In this document: positions 41,534 to 53,912 of the stretch, in pieces
How positions within the stretch are numbered: position 1 is the stretch's first letter
How the letters are laid out: every line of letters starts with the position of its first letter
From: Octopus vulgaris
Lineage: Eukaryota
DNA length: 64,000 nucleotides
Assembly: GCA_951406725.2 (NCBI GenBank)
Contig: OX597821.1
Location: forward strand, 25,482,001-25,546,000
Direction: 5' to 3'
The notes under the pieces: model-generated
Told to the model about the DNA's origin: nothing
What the model saw: the letters and a program-made list of their open reading frames with translations, nothing else
Databases searched by the model: none
Translations under genes and position numbers: made by a program

Positions 41534-41584
<51 letters not shown>

Positions 41585-44444
41585 GGCTACATAGTGGACT
41601 CAAGGGCTGAAAGTGTTCTGCATAGGCATTTATCAAACCAGTTTCAATTGAAAGGGATTACATGTATATATTTCAATAATAATGATGTGTCATTACGAAA
41701 TATCATTATGACCAGTTTCTAAATGTAATCTCTTTGATCTGAAACCAATCTGATAAGTAGCAATAACACAAAACTCTCGGCCCTTGAGTCACTCTGTAAT
41801 TTATGCTGATTATTGATAATAAAAAGAAAATAGTTCTCAGTATCATATATAAGTTTCTTCAGTTTATATCAATTCATATGAGTTCTTAAAAGAAGGGAAG
41901 AAAATTACATGATCTGAAGTCCCTGCCACTCTCCCTCTCCATGTCTTCCTATCCAATCTTCACATCACAGTAATAATTTGATAGTCCTATAATTGTAACA
42001 CCATAACATTCTGGCATTGCCCTACACCATGGCCAGAACTGTTTCTTTACTGTTTAGATCATTTATCCAATTCAGATCAAACAGCAGTTAGTAATTCTAA
42101 ATACTCCACATACAATGTTTTGAAAATAATTTTTTCTCTAGTCTGAAGACAACCATGATTTTGATAGAAAAACAAAACTGTTACCTAGTAGTAACTGGAT
42201 AGCTCAGGAAGATAGAAATATTCTCACAATCTCAACTCATCTAGTCCTATTTGCAAGATTTTGGATATATATAGCAGATTACTTCAGATCACTATAATGA
42301 AATGTGCATCCACTTTTCCATACTTACATGGACCAGACAGAATTTACTGAGCAAATACTCTACAACTAGATTCCTTTTCTGCCAAACCTCATGTGCTAGT
42401 AAGCAAAGTAATATTTTTCCATGGCGAGAAGTGTTTCCATGTAATATTGGAAATGACCGCCTTGCCTGTTCTTTTTTTTTTTTAAGGACAGTGACACTCA
42501 TTTACAACTATCATATGAGATTAAGACAAAGAAACACAAACATATTCTCACACACACGCACACACATATACACATTTTTTTTGTAACCAGATTCACTCAT
42601 GAGGCTGATTTGTTTAGAGTTATACAAGAAGACATTTGCCCAAGATGCCTCAGAGTGGGATTGAAACTGAAACCATGTGACTGGGAAGCAAACTTCTTAA
42701 CCACAGAGTGATGCCTGTGTGCGCACACACACACACACACACAAAAAGAAAACCCTTGAAGTTCTATCCACTTTTATTTAAAACTTCCTCACGTTATTTA
42801 GATCAATTCACCATTATCTAAATTCATTCCATGGGCATAGATTAAACAGGTTACTAATATCAGATGCCAGTATCCTTTAATCGCTTTGAAACTTGCCAGA
42901 GAAAAGTTTGCATTTTACTTTCTTTGGTTAAAAACTGATCTTACACTAAAAGATTACAATGCAATTTGAACCCATACCTTCCAAGTCTAATACATTAATC
43001 AATGATGCCACTATCTTTAAAATAGCTATTCATCACAATGAAAACATATTAAAAAAACAATCCAGAAACATGTAGATCTAACGCGCTTCCATTACAGAGT
43101 TATTTCAAATTGTGTTTTCACTGTAAAGTTCATTTCCGTTTTGCCACCTGAGAAAAGAGAAATCTCATTAATGACAGCTAGTTAAATACCTTAATTAAAT
43201 CTAATACCTGCACAACTGTAAAAATAGTTGGCAAACAATTATTTAGTGTGTCTTACACAATATTTTTCTTTTATCTTCTGCTTAATGAAGGAATCACAAC
43301 ATTAATTGACTGGGAAACTTGATGTTTATTACTTTCCATTGGTCTTGTTTAAAAAAACACCATCATATATTGAATGGGAATAAGACACATTCATTACCAT
43401 CATCGTTATTTATTAACATCGTTATCATTTTTTTATATTTATTCTTATTGTTGCTATTATCATGAAGGTGATAATGATGGTTGTGATTAGATTACTTATA
43501 AAAACAGCTTTTCATTTAGCTATTACTGATATCATTACCATCAGCAGCATCACTCTCAGAATGACAATGAGTTAATGAGCCATCAGAGTATTTACACAAA
43601 TTGTAGCAAGAACCCAGTCAAAGCTAAATGGTCACAGAAGTAAAAAAATGAATGAAAAATCATAAGCCTTAACTAAATGACGAGCAGGAATAGCTATTTT
43701 AAATGGAAGGTGTTAAATGAAGCACTATAGTATGAGTAAACTCTTGGTAACCAATTGATTATTAATTACCAGATAACAACTGTTCAGAATAAAAAGCATT
43801 GTTTGAGCCATTTGTAAATCAGTAAAGATCCTTGCAACAGATGATCAGAGTTGGATAGTTGAAATGTTATATTCAGATCATTGTTGATTGGTGGGGGAGA
43901 TCAAGCGTGAGTGTGTGAGCCTCAGTGTGAGTGTTGATTAACTCCAGATCAGCCCTGATCCAGTTGATACTATGATTGAATGATTTTAGGGAGATTTAGC
44001 TACTATTTCTAGCAGTTTGAACAGCCACCCATAATGAGGATCGCTAATTGGTGCATGTGAGTGAGGTGAATGTATATTTAGTTTACAGTTCAACATAACT
44101 GAATCAACAATGATTTGGCAATGAGATTCAGGTTGCCAGACTACTACAGACCTCATGGTCATGATTTCATGTCCAAGAGCTATTCTATTGTACTTCTGAG
44201 CAAGCTGACTACTCAGCTTGAATAAAAAAATAAAAAAAAACCTTATTCCTTATTTGATAGTGGCTAGTAAGGGTGGGGTGCAGATCAGAGTATTCAGTTT
44301 ATTTGATCCAACAATAAATACATCATCCTATACATGAACATATGGAAAATAGATATAAAACAACAGATAAGCGAAACTCCTGATTGAACAGTTCAGCACC
44401 AGGTCAGCCTGGGGTGACAAATGCCATCTTATTCCCAAGCATAG

Positions 44445-45655
44445 TATTAAGTCATCCCATAAATAATGCAGGTTTTTTTATTTTCAATTGCATAAACTAA
44501 ACTAGGGTAGTAATTTTACCTTGATCTTTTAGTGCACGCTTTGAAGAGTGCAGTTTGATTTTAACAGTTATTTTTTCAAAAAAGTGTCAAAGGAGCATAT
44601 TCGGCATATTTTGCTTTATGAGTTCAATAAAGACAACAATGCAATGGAAAGTGCGATGAATATTAATGTAGTACATGGGGATCCCACAATAAGCCTAAGC
44701 CAATGTCAACAGTGGTTCCAGAAATTCCAAGCTGGAAACTACAAACTAGAAGACAAGCCTTGTCCTAAAAGATCTGTAGAGCTCAATGAGGATGTCCTGC
44801 AAACTTTCGTGGAACAAAATCCCATTGTAACTGTTGAGGAACTAGCAGAGAAGCTTGGATTTGGTCATTCAACCATTCATTAACACCTGTGTGCCATTGG
44901 GAAAGTCAGCAAATTGGGTCAATGGGTTCCTCATAAAATTTCTGAGTCTAATCACATGTAGAGAGTGAACGTGTGCTCTTCTTTGCTGTCACATCTCACA
45001 AATGAACCTTTTTTTTGGGGACTGAATAGTGATTGGTGATGACAAATAAGTTCTCTATAAAAACGTCAAGCGCTAAAGACAGTGGGTAGGGAAAGAAGAA
45101 ACACTGGCACCCCAGGCTAAAGAAGGTCTTCACCCACGTGTTATCTGTTCGGTGGGATATGTATGAACGGTTTAGTCCACATAGAACTTTTAAACCCAAA
45201 CCCAACGATAACAAAGGAGATTGACTGTGAGCAGCTTGTGTAGCTTAGGTCAGTGCTAGAAGAAAAATGACTATCTTTGGTTTCAAGATGAAAGGTGTGC
45301 TTCCATCCGGATAATGCTTAGCCACATACAGTGAGGATGATATTAAGGCTGGACTGGAGCAGATTGAATGGAAATGATGCCTCACCCACAATATTTAGCA
45401 GACATTGCCTCACTTGATTATCCACATTCTTCAAAATCATTTGGACAGAAAAAATACAAATTCTGCAAACGAGGTCAGAACATTACTGGAGGAGTATTTT
45501 TCATCACGGTCAAGTGAATTTTAGAAGAAGGGTGTTTCAAGCCTACCAGACAGATGGAAGAGCATTATAGGAAATGAAGGAAAGTATATGTTAGATTTAA
45601 AAAAAATTTGCTTATCTTAATTATGAAAAATAAAAGAACTATAAAAATACCGCTC
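44445..45655 (+). mobile_element. Near-full-length defective mariner transposon
   Basis: ORF 44548-44883 is a mariner HTH domain (HIRHILLYEF...WFQKF...LED.P). Downstream are WVPH, IVIGDDK, FHPDNA*PHT and HPQYLADIASLDY (YSPDLAPSDY-like) motifs with stops and frameshifts. TA at 44445 precedes the left TIR. Confidence 0.92.
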
Positions 45656-46532
45656 GATATTTTTAAGACTGTATAAGCTATTGTACCCTTTCCTTTTTTT
45701 AAGATGACAGTGCATGATCAAAGTGGAGATTTTGGTTGTTGTTTCTAGCAGGTCAAGCAGTCAAATAAAGGCTTCTGCATTAAATGAAACACATAATTTG
45801 TAAATTTCTTTAAAATATCTATTTATAAGTAATGCTTCCAACCAAGAGGCAATGAAAATGTTCATGGTATCTATGCAAACCAAAATAAAATTAAACCAAG
45901 ACAAATTAATTTCTGAAACGATACTTGAAAAATTGAGTGATATATAAACATAAGCTAGAAATCATATACCCCTCGCTTTCCCAAAGACAGTATACTCTTC
46001 TAGAAGTTTATACCAAAATTGATACAGCAAAACTAATTATAATTTGGTATAAAGGAACATAGCAGTTCTAACAATGTCATTAGTAGTTTCCTATTATTCA
46101 ATATTACCTGATCAAAATAGAGAAAAAAAGAAAACGAAAAGAAAAAAACAACTAACACAGAATGTGCACAGGTAACTTTTCTGAACTGCTTGAGAATGAA
46201 ATAAAGAACTCAGCACTAAATTTTCAAGATCTTCCCTAAACCAAGTGATGCTGTGATTAGTAGTTAATATTCAGTTTGAACTGTAATAGGTTAGTTTTGG
46301 GAGAGAAAATATGAACGGTGTAGCGAATTCCTGGTGGATATAGGTGTGAGGAAGAAGGATTGAGGGAAAAAAATCGTTAGTACAATACAAATTAGGAGTT
46401 GTTTAGGGTCGGGCGAGGGATGTTGGAGGGATGCTGATATAGACTTTTGTATAAAGCTATCACTTCTCTTTTTACGAGTTCTTAAATGTAATTTGTTATG
46501 TAATCCCCAAGTCAGTCTTGACCAGTCTAAAA

Positions 46533-46762
46533 TGTGGTTGTGTGGTAAGCAGCTTGTTTCACAACCACATGGTTCTGGGTTCAGTCCCACTGCATAGTAT
46601 CTTAGGCAAGAATCTTCTAATCTCAGCCTTTAACCGACCAAAGCCTTGTAAGTGGATTTGGTAGGCGGAAACTGGGGTCGATTCATTTGACTAAAAAAAT
46701 TCTTCAGGCAGTGCCCCAGCATGGCCACAACCTAATGACTGAAACAAGTAAAAGTTAAAAGA
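46533..46762 (+). mobile_element. SINE family A relative, internally deleted
   Basis: tRNA head and CORE-like part joined at GGAAACTGGGGTCG directly to the 3' tail. Confidence 0.8.
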
Positions 46763-47075
46763 CAAATGCACCCACTCATATAAGTGACAAACATTATAAG
46801 TGAAGAGTATATTTACTGGTTTATATAAATTGAACAGCTGGTCACAGAGTACTTAACTTTAAAAGGAAAAACTAGGCTATATGTGGACACACTGATGTCA
46901 ACGTTAGACTATTCAGTCTAACATGTAAGGAGTGATATGAGTGTTAGCTGAGACTTTTTTTTTTGTGAATAAGTAATAGGATTAAACTGCTATGATACAC
47001 TCAAAAAAGAGTGGCAGGTGGGGTTGAGGGATGGTTTCACCAAATTAATGTTTCCTTTATCTCAGGACAATAGCT

Positions 47076-47301
47076 TTAACTCTTTAGCATTTAAACCAGC
47101 CATATCCATCCCCAAATTTTCTAGCTACTTTGTGCATGATCTGGCCAGATCTAGCTTCTCACACCTACCCAACAGTGTCATTGTAAAAATAAACAATCAC
47201 ATGATTGAAATCTCAAAGTTACAAAATAATGCATGATTAATTGAAATCAATGTGAGTATATAAGCTTTACATTTGAAAGAGTAATATACCATAAAGTTTA
47301 A
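47076..47301 (+). mobile_element. MITE family D
   Basis: Starts TTAACTCTTTAGCATTTAAACC; same body. Confidence 0.75.
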
Positions 47302-48247
47302 TGCTTAACATGGCATAAAGAACTCTTTATTAAAGAACAGCTGATAAAACTCAACATTCTCAGATCGGTTCAAGCTAGGGAACATTAATTAATTATGCCA
47401 GGCAGCTAGAAGCAACACCACTAGTGGACTTTTATAACATTTTAAACTATATCCACAACTTAAACAGACAATCTACATGAATTTCCTCAGTAAATCTCTG
47501 ACTGGTTCTATCTACTAAGATGTGGTCTTGCAAGGTCACAGCTATCAATCAATATAATCTAATATATTGCTTTTCATTTCCATGGTTCCACATCTGCACA
47601 GTGACAATTATGGATTTGTTCTTTTTTACAAGTATAATATCCAGAAAAACAAACTGAAAACACAAACTAATCTCTGTGAAAAATATTAACTACAATACCA
47701 CAAAACAACCACAATTATAGTTAGCTCTCTCTAGTCACAGGCACTATTAATAGTTTAACATTTAGTAATCAACAATGTTAATTTTAGTTGTTGTTTAGTA
47801 ACAGCTTGATTCTGATTGAACAGAGACCTATGATTAAAGGTGTTACATGGGTAACCATCCTGTCATCTTTAAGAGTATCTAGGTCAACATTCACCCAACG
47901 TGTTGTTTCCTTACTGTGAAGATAGCCAAATCTCTTAACTCACACCTGACTACTATTTCTGGTTGTTTGAAAGACTAGCTGGAGTCTCTCCTGTAACTTA
48001 GCACTAAAAGTAATAGCAATTAACACATATGTATAACTATAATTAACACACACTGTTAATACTACAGTAAGTGAAACAACAAATATGCTTTGTAATGGGC
48101 ATGCTATCTTATGTATGATATCATGAAATTAATGCTTCAATGAACTGGAATTACAAATCTTCATCAAATTTAAATCGTCTTTTCTCATTCTTCCACCACA
48201 AACACCTTCACAAACGAACACTACCCTTTCCTGAAATGCTTTAATAT

Positions 48248-48638
48248 TTTAGAAATTCAATATTTCTTATTTTGATAATCAGTGAATAAACTTCACTGAA
48301 TATAAATATATACAATTACAAAGTCGAGGCAAATATCACCGGCTGACCTGTGTCTGCTACTCTAGGCCGATGAAGGACAACGATCCTGAAACACGGTGTC
48401 CCTAGATGCAGTTCCGGCAGCCGGGGGTGTTTATCTCCCCTTCGTATATGTATAAAAGGACACAGGGAAAAAATGTGTCAAAGCTATCAGGAGGCGTTCG
48501 ATGCCTCCTAGGGCTATACAGCGGTGGTGTACCCCCTACTGTCACGTTCTTGTTAGATTGACAGTATACAACCATTCTATCGCCCCACCACCGTACATGT
48601 CTCTACGAGAGATTTAGAAATTCAATATTTCTTATTTT
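48248..48638 (+). mobile_element. Hammerhead-containing non-coding element (retrozyme-like), copy 2
   Basis: Identical 26-bp direct repeat TTTAGAAATTCAATATTTCTTATTTT at 48248-48273 and 48613-48638 (period 365 nt). Same order of hairpins as copy 1. Confidence 0.75.
48339..48424 (+). ncRNA. Type I hammerhead ribozyme motif (copy 2)
   Basis: Stem I TCTAGG(48361-66)/CCTAGA(48401-06); core CCGATGA (U4C variant); stem II AGGA/TCCT with loop CAACGA; GAAAC-ACGGT-GTC with predicted cleavage after C48400; TAC bulge; distal helices CTGC/GCAG and CCGGCTG/CAGCCGG. Confidence 0.85.
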
Positions 48639-50382
48639 AATATATTGCTTTTCATTTTTGTCATATATAGCAGCAATGCAACAATGTTTCAACATAACTA
48701 TATTCCATGTTCCAACAGGTCCCAACTTAAGAATGAAACTAAGAAATACTTGGAAGAAACGTTTACTGTTTATCGATTTATCCATATCTGCTGTCTACAA
48801 CACTACAATCAGTACTAATAGGCCCAAGCCACTACTAGCCAAACAGTTATTGCGATCTTACTAAATCTTCGCTTCTTTCTAAGCCAATCTTTCCTCCATG
48901 ACACTAGTTATTAAACTGCTACAAGAAACCACAATAAGAATTAGTGTATCCTGCAATTAGCCTCACAACCTCATGTCTAGCCTCACCTTTTGTATAAAAA
49001 AAAAAATAAAAAGTGTTATATTTTTCATATACTTATTTTCAGCTCACTAGCTGTGGCTATGTCAGACATTTAGAGATGAAGGCATCTTTAAAATGAAAAA
49101 TGTCCTAAATCCTTATCTAAACAACTAAATGTTTATATAATGCCTTGTAGTGTGTTCAAGTGACCTAGGTTCAGATTATGTCAGTGTAACCCAAGCACTA
49201 GAGAGAAGCAGAGCAGACAGAAAGTAGTTTTAGACTGACTACAGTAGAAACCTTAATCTTCGACTTCCACAGAATCTGGCCACAGACAGTGATATATATA
49301 TATAAAGTGATTAGAGATTTACTAAGAGCAGAATATAGCTGTTAAAACTAGTTCAAACAAGAAGACTGGTAGGGTCATGTCACTGCTATATAATGTATGT
49401 AAATACAACACACTTTATAGACAATACAGGGAAATAGAGAAAAAAAAGTCAAGCAAAACTTTAATTTTATTCTACATTATTTCTTTCTATTTCTTTGCTA
49501 AACTAACAACAATGATAATAATAATAACAACAATTAATAACCAGAATGACAGTGGCAAATACAGCTTATGGCCACAGTTTTACTAATTACCCTCCCTCCA
49601 GTATGATCTTTTCATCCTATTTTGGGTAATCTTATTTCAAAGAACTTCCCACCATCCAAATTCAACATTCTAAGGACATACAAAATGGAAAGACAGATAA
49701 TAGAGATGGTGGTAATCAGGAAAACCATACTGAGATAGATATACAAAAAGATAGGAAGGGAAAAAAAGAGACAGACAAGGTCCTTCATGTAACAGAAAAT
49801 TATAGTTGTAAAAAAATTGCTGGGATTAGAATCTAGATGGGAGAGGAGCCATGAGGGGTCAAAGTTCCAACACTAGTATTGTGCTGTATCTGGGACAAAA
49901 GGCATTTAACTCTAATAGTATTACATACATACCTACATATAGGTACACCTTGTACTTCTAAGTACAATAGAATGTTAGTGGTGAAGTACAGTGGGAGCTG
50001 GTGAAAAGACCTTAGTAACTGACTGTAGCCAGCAATGGTAAGTTCACATTCTCCCATGGATCAACCTGCAATAGACTGGTATCCTGTGCAAGAGAGATAT
50101 CTCTCAGTAGAACAGCACAGCATCTTGAAAAACTGAGATAAACTTCCTGTAACATTGGTAAATAAATGAAAGGAGAGAAAGATGATGTTGTAGGTTCATA
50201 ATCCAATAGAAGTAGCTCATTTTGTTTTATTTTCTGTAGACTATTCATATAATTTTTGCAAACTGCAGACATTGAGAGAATCCCAAGATGAGAAATCGGA
50301 AGAAAACTCTATAGAACAAGTAACAAGAATGGTAAGATTGGTAAACATTTGTTTAAGAGATAATAGTAAACTTTATACTTAC

Positions 50383-50418
50383 ATATGCTATACCATTTAC
50401 ACCTGAATTTACAAAACC
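50383..50418 (-). CDS. SSBP3: SSBP/Ssdp 36-nt microexon, GFVNSGVNGIAY
   Basis: Minus strand reads ttctc(t)nctcctttcAG|GGTTTTGTAAATTCAGGTGTAAATGGTATAGCATAT|GTAAGT: long pyrimidine tract, consensus donor, 12 codons, phase 0. Resembles the GFV(S/N)SGYGVNGI segment I recall following AFHDY in insect Ssdp. Confidence 0.85.
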
Positions 50419-52299
50419 CTGAAAGGAGAAAAAAAAAGAGAACTCAATCAATAAGATCAAAACATAATTCACCAAAAATGTAATAATAACAACAGTTAAC
50501 AATAATAATAATTTCTAACACATGTACAAGGCTTCAAATTAGGGGGGAAAAGCAATTAATTACATCAACTGCAGTATTTAACTGGTACAGAAGGATGAAA
50601 GGTAAGAAATATATAATCCCTATTATGACTATTGTTCTTACAACTCCCTAAGCAGCAAAGAAATACAACTATGGCCAATTCAGCAGAGATAGCCTTCTTA
50701 TAGTTTATATAGTGGCTATGGTCTTGCATAGTCACAACCACCTGGCTGTAACTAGTGAAAAGTAATGGTAGAAATTTTTTCACTGTCCTCAAAGTAAATC
50801 ATCTAAGAATTGCAGTTTAAGAAGTTTACTTCACAACTAACATAGTTTGGGGCTAGACCCCACTGTGTATACCACTTTGTTAACGTATTGTGCGTGTGTG
50901 TGTGTGTTTCTCTCTGTGCATCTTTGCATTGATAACCACTTGAACAGCAATGATAATGTTTGTATACCCCATAAGCAAAAAGTCCAGTAGTTCAATGGTT
51001 CGGAGTGCAAAGACATGAAATATAGCAGCCTGGGGATCCATCCATAGAATGATATATCAAGAAACCTTGACCAACCCTTGCCAGCATGGAAAGCAAAAAG
51101 ACATAAAAACGATGATCATGATAACGATGATGATACAAGGAACATGTGGAAGATTTTTATGTTAGCTTGAGATTAATCATATTGTTTACAATTAATCCTT
51201 AGTAACATAACTGAAATCTTTTCAATCTCCATTTTCATTCTTGTCTCACATCTTAATGTTTCTAATACAAGACTTGACATCTAGAACAACTTCTCTCATA
51301 ATCAAAACAAACCATTAATTATAATGATCAATAATCAATATAAGGTTTTTTATGTATATGCATTTATTAATATTTACATATACACATAATGCATGCATAC
51401 ATTAAATCATATACAAAACACATATATTCTTTCACACTGTGTGTGTGTGCACACGCACATGAGTGAGTGTGAGAGTGAAGAGAGATGTAATTAAAGAAAT
51501 TTAATTTCTGCGTGCATTTCCTTCCAATTTTACAAAACATGTTCACAAACAAATTTGACATCATTTTTGCCCTGGAAAAGAAGCCTAGGGACAAAACACA
51601 GTAACAAATCCTACTTATTGCCATAGTAGAAGTGTTCCTGCTAAACATTCAAATTTGTATGTGAGTATGTGCATCATACAAACACAGATACACATACACC
51701 TACGCAAGATAACAGAGGCTTGTGCACTCACACTTATATAAACATACATACACAAGAACAATGTACCAAAAAATAAATTGTAATACAGTGTGAAGATTGA
51801 CAGTATCTTAAGTAGCAATTTGGGGTTTTTATGTTGACAGAACAAAACAATATACAGAGAAAGTGCATGCACGCACGTGTGCACAGACACACTGGTTAAA
51901 ACATAGTTGCATACATTTACAGACAATCATACGGCAACATACAAACTCAGCACCAATATAAAGAAATGTTTCATTGTACTTGTACTTCATTCAAAAACAG
52001 ATACATTTCAACCACTAATAAAGAACTACAAGGTATCTGACTAATGTGAGATAGATGGACCAGGCCACATATGGCCAAATAGATCAACTTGGAGGTGAAT
52101 CTTATAATCTTTAATTTTGCTTGTCTCTGAGTTGAAATTTAAATTTTAAAAGGATTAGCTGATCAAAGGAATACTTTTGTACTTGTTCATGTGCGAAACC
52201 CCCCCACCACCGAAATCCCTGAATACACATGCAAGCTAAATAGACTTTGTTCTATCAGGTAATGGAATAAACAGTAGTCATGAATATATGCAACCATTC

Positions 52300-53341
52300 C
52301 ATAATGAAGAATGTACTATGTAAGCATCATAGTAAAAGGGAACCAGAGTTAAAAGACCATCTAAAGAAGAAACTGTTTTGAAGCTGAAAGATCCCTTGGT
52401 TATAACTAAGTTTTAAAAAAAACGTAGTAATTGACATGCTGAAGAGGAGAAAGAGACCCTATAATATAGAAGACAACTGAGTTTCTACGATGCTCTTTTT
52501 TTTTTGTGACACAACTTCAGAAGTTTATAAGACAACTTCAAAAGTTGAGAATACTTTGCTTTGTAGACTGGTGATTACTAATAAAACCAGGTGGAAACGA
52601 ATGGCTTGTGAGAATCATGTACAGAGTTGCTGTCAACAAAACAAAAAGTGGCAATGAACTCAGTGAGAAATTTGTGTGGAGATAGGCGCCTATCAGGACT
52701 CAGTCAACTCTCTTTTACTATACTTTTCCAGACCATACTGGCTATTATGCCTATATCCTGGTTCTCAGGTGAAAGTTGAGCTGAAATTCTAATTGTGGAA
52801 GCAAAACCTAGAATCTAAACATTTAAAAGTAAACCTAGTAAAGACAGAAGTTTTAGCTAGCAGGAAAACAAGACTAACTGCTATGTGATAAGTGACCATG
52901 CTCAATATGAAAACAGGGAATAGCTAGTAATTCTATGTAATAGACCCAAAATAAACTATAGATGCATAAGGTGCATGGAATTACTAGCAGACTGAGTAAA
53001 AAGGATTTTGTGCATAGCAGATGCAGAAAGAGTAGTTAGCAGTTAAATCAGCTATGAAATAAATTCTTTCAAATATTGAGAGAACTTTTTAGAAATAGTT
53101 GATAGCTTCCATTACTTAGGTAAATTAATAGGCAATAGAGGTGAGTGTTCAGAAGTCGTTGTAGAGAGAATAAGAATATGGTGGACAAATCCAAATGAAA
53201 GACCCAAGAAAGATACAAGAAGTGGTGTAAACTGATCTCAGGAAACTGGAAATAATGACAAGCGATGAGATCGTGTCCTGAAGTAGACCTGTCTGATCTA
53301 AGCAAGCATGGGAAGAAAAAAACACTTGAAATGATGATGAC
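52300..53341 (+). mobile_element. Heavily decayed RTE-like LINE
   Basis: Frame-broken remnants resembling GVHQGSVLSPLLF (about 52680-52720) and RPRKTW.EVV..DL (about 53195-53240); 3' end AAGCATGG...AAATGATGATGA. Confidence 0.5.
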
Positions 53342-53350
53342 ATAAATATA

Positions 53351-53678
53351 CTGTATTTGATGGCCTATAAGACATACCTTTTTACCCAAAAATGGCTTTA
53401 AAAATCCCTCTTGCATCCAATGCACTCAATGTAGGCTCAAAATGGTATGTATGCTTACAAAACATGAGCTGCCATTTATTGGTGAACAATTGCCAACGGT
53501 ATGCTTTATATCGAATGTGGATGCAATAAATTGTTTATAATTACTGGTAATAACAAAGTTATACAGGTAAGTGGAGGAATTAAAACATTATTTTAGTGGT
53601 AATTTATTTTACAAAAGAATAGCCTAGGCTAGGGTGCACTCTATGTACTCATGCGTCTTATAGGGCCATCAAATACAG
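53351..53678. mobile_element. Tc1/mariner-superfamily MITE (328 bp)
   Basis: TIR CTGTATTTGATGGCCTATAAGAC / GTCTTATAGGGCCATCAAATACAG; TA on both sides. Confidence 0.88.
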
Positions 53679-53912
53679 TAATCACTTTTATTAGGTTTCA
53701 TTCATTGGACTACAATACATCGGGGTACTACACTCAAGTGTTTGACTCACCATATCAAACCCAATACTCAATCTACTATTTATCTAAATATTTTTTTTTA
53801 AATCAAATAGCTAAGTTTTAATGTTTGTCAAAAAAGACTACAACTCCATACACCATGTTCACTGGTATACAAAAATACCAGTATGTGTGCGTGTGTGTGT
53901 AAATGAATTCTT

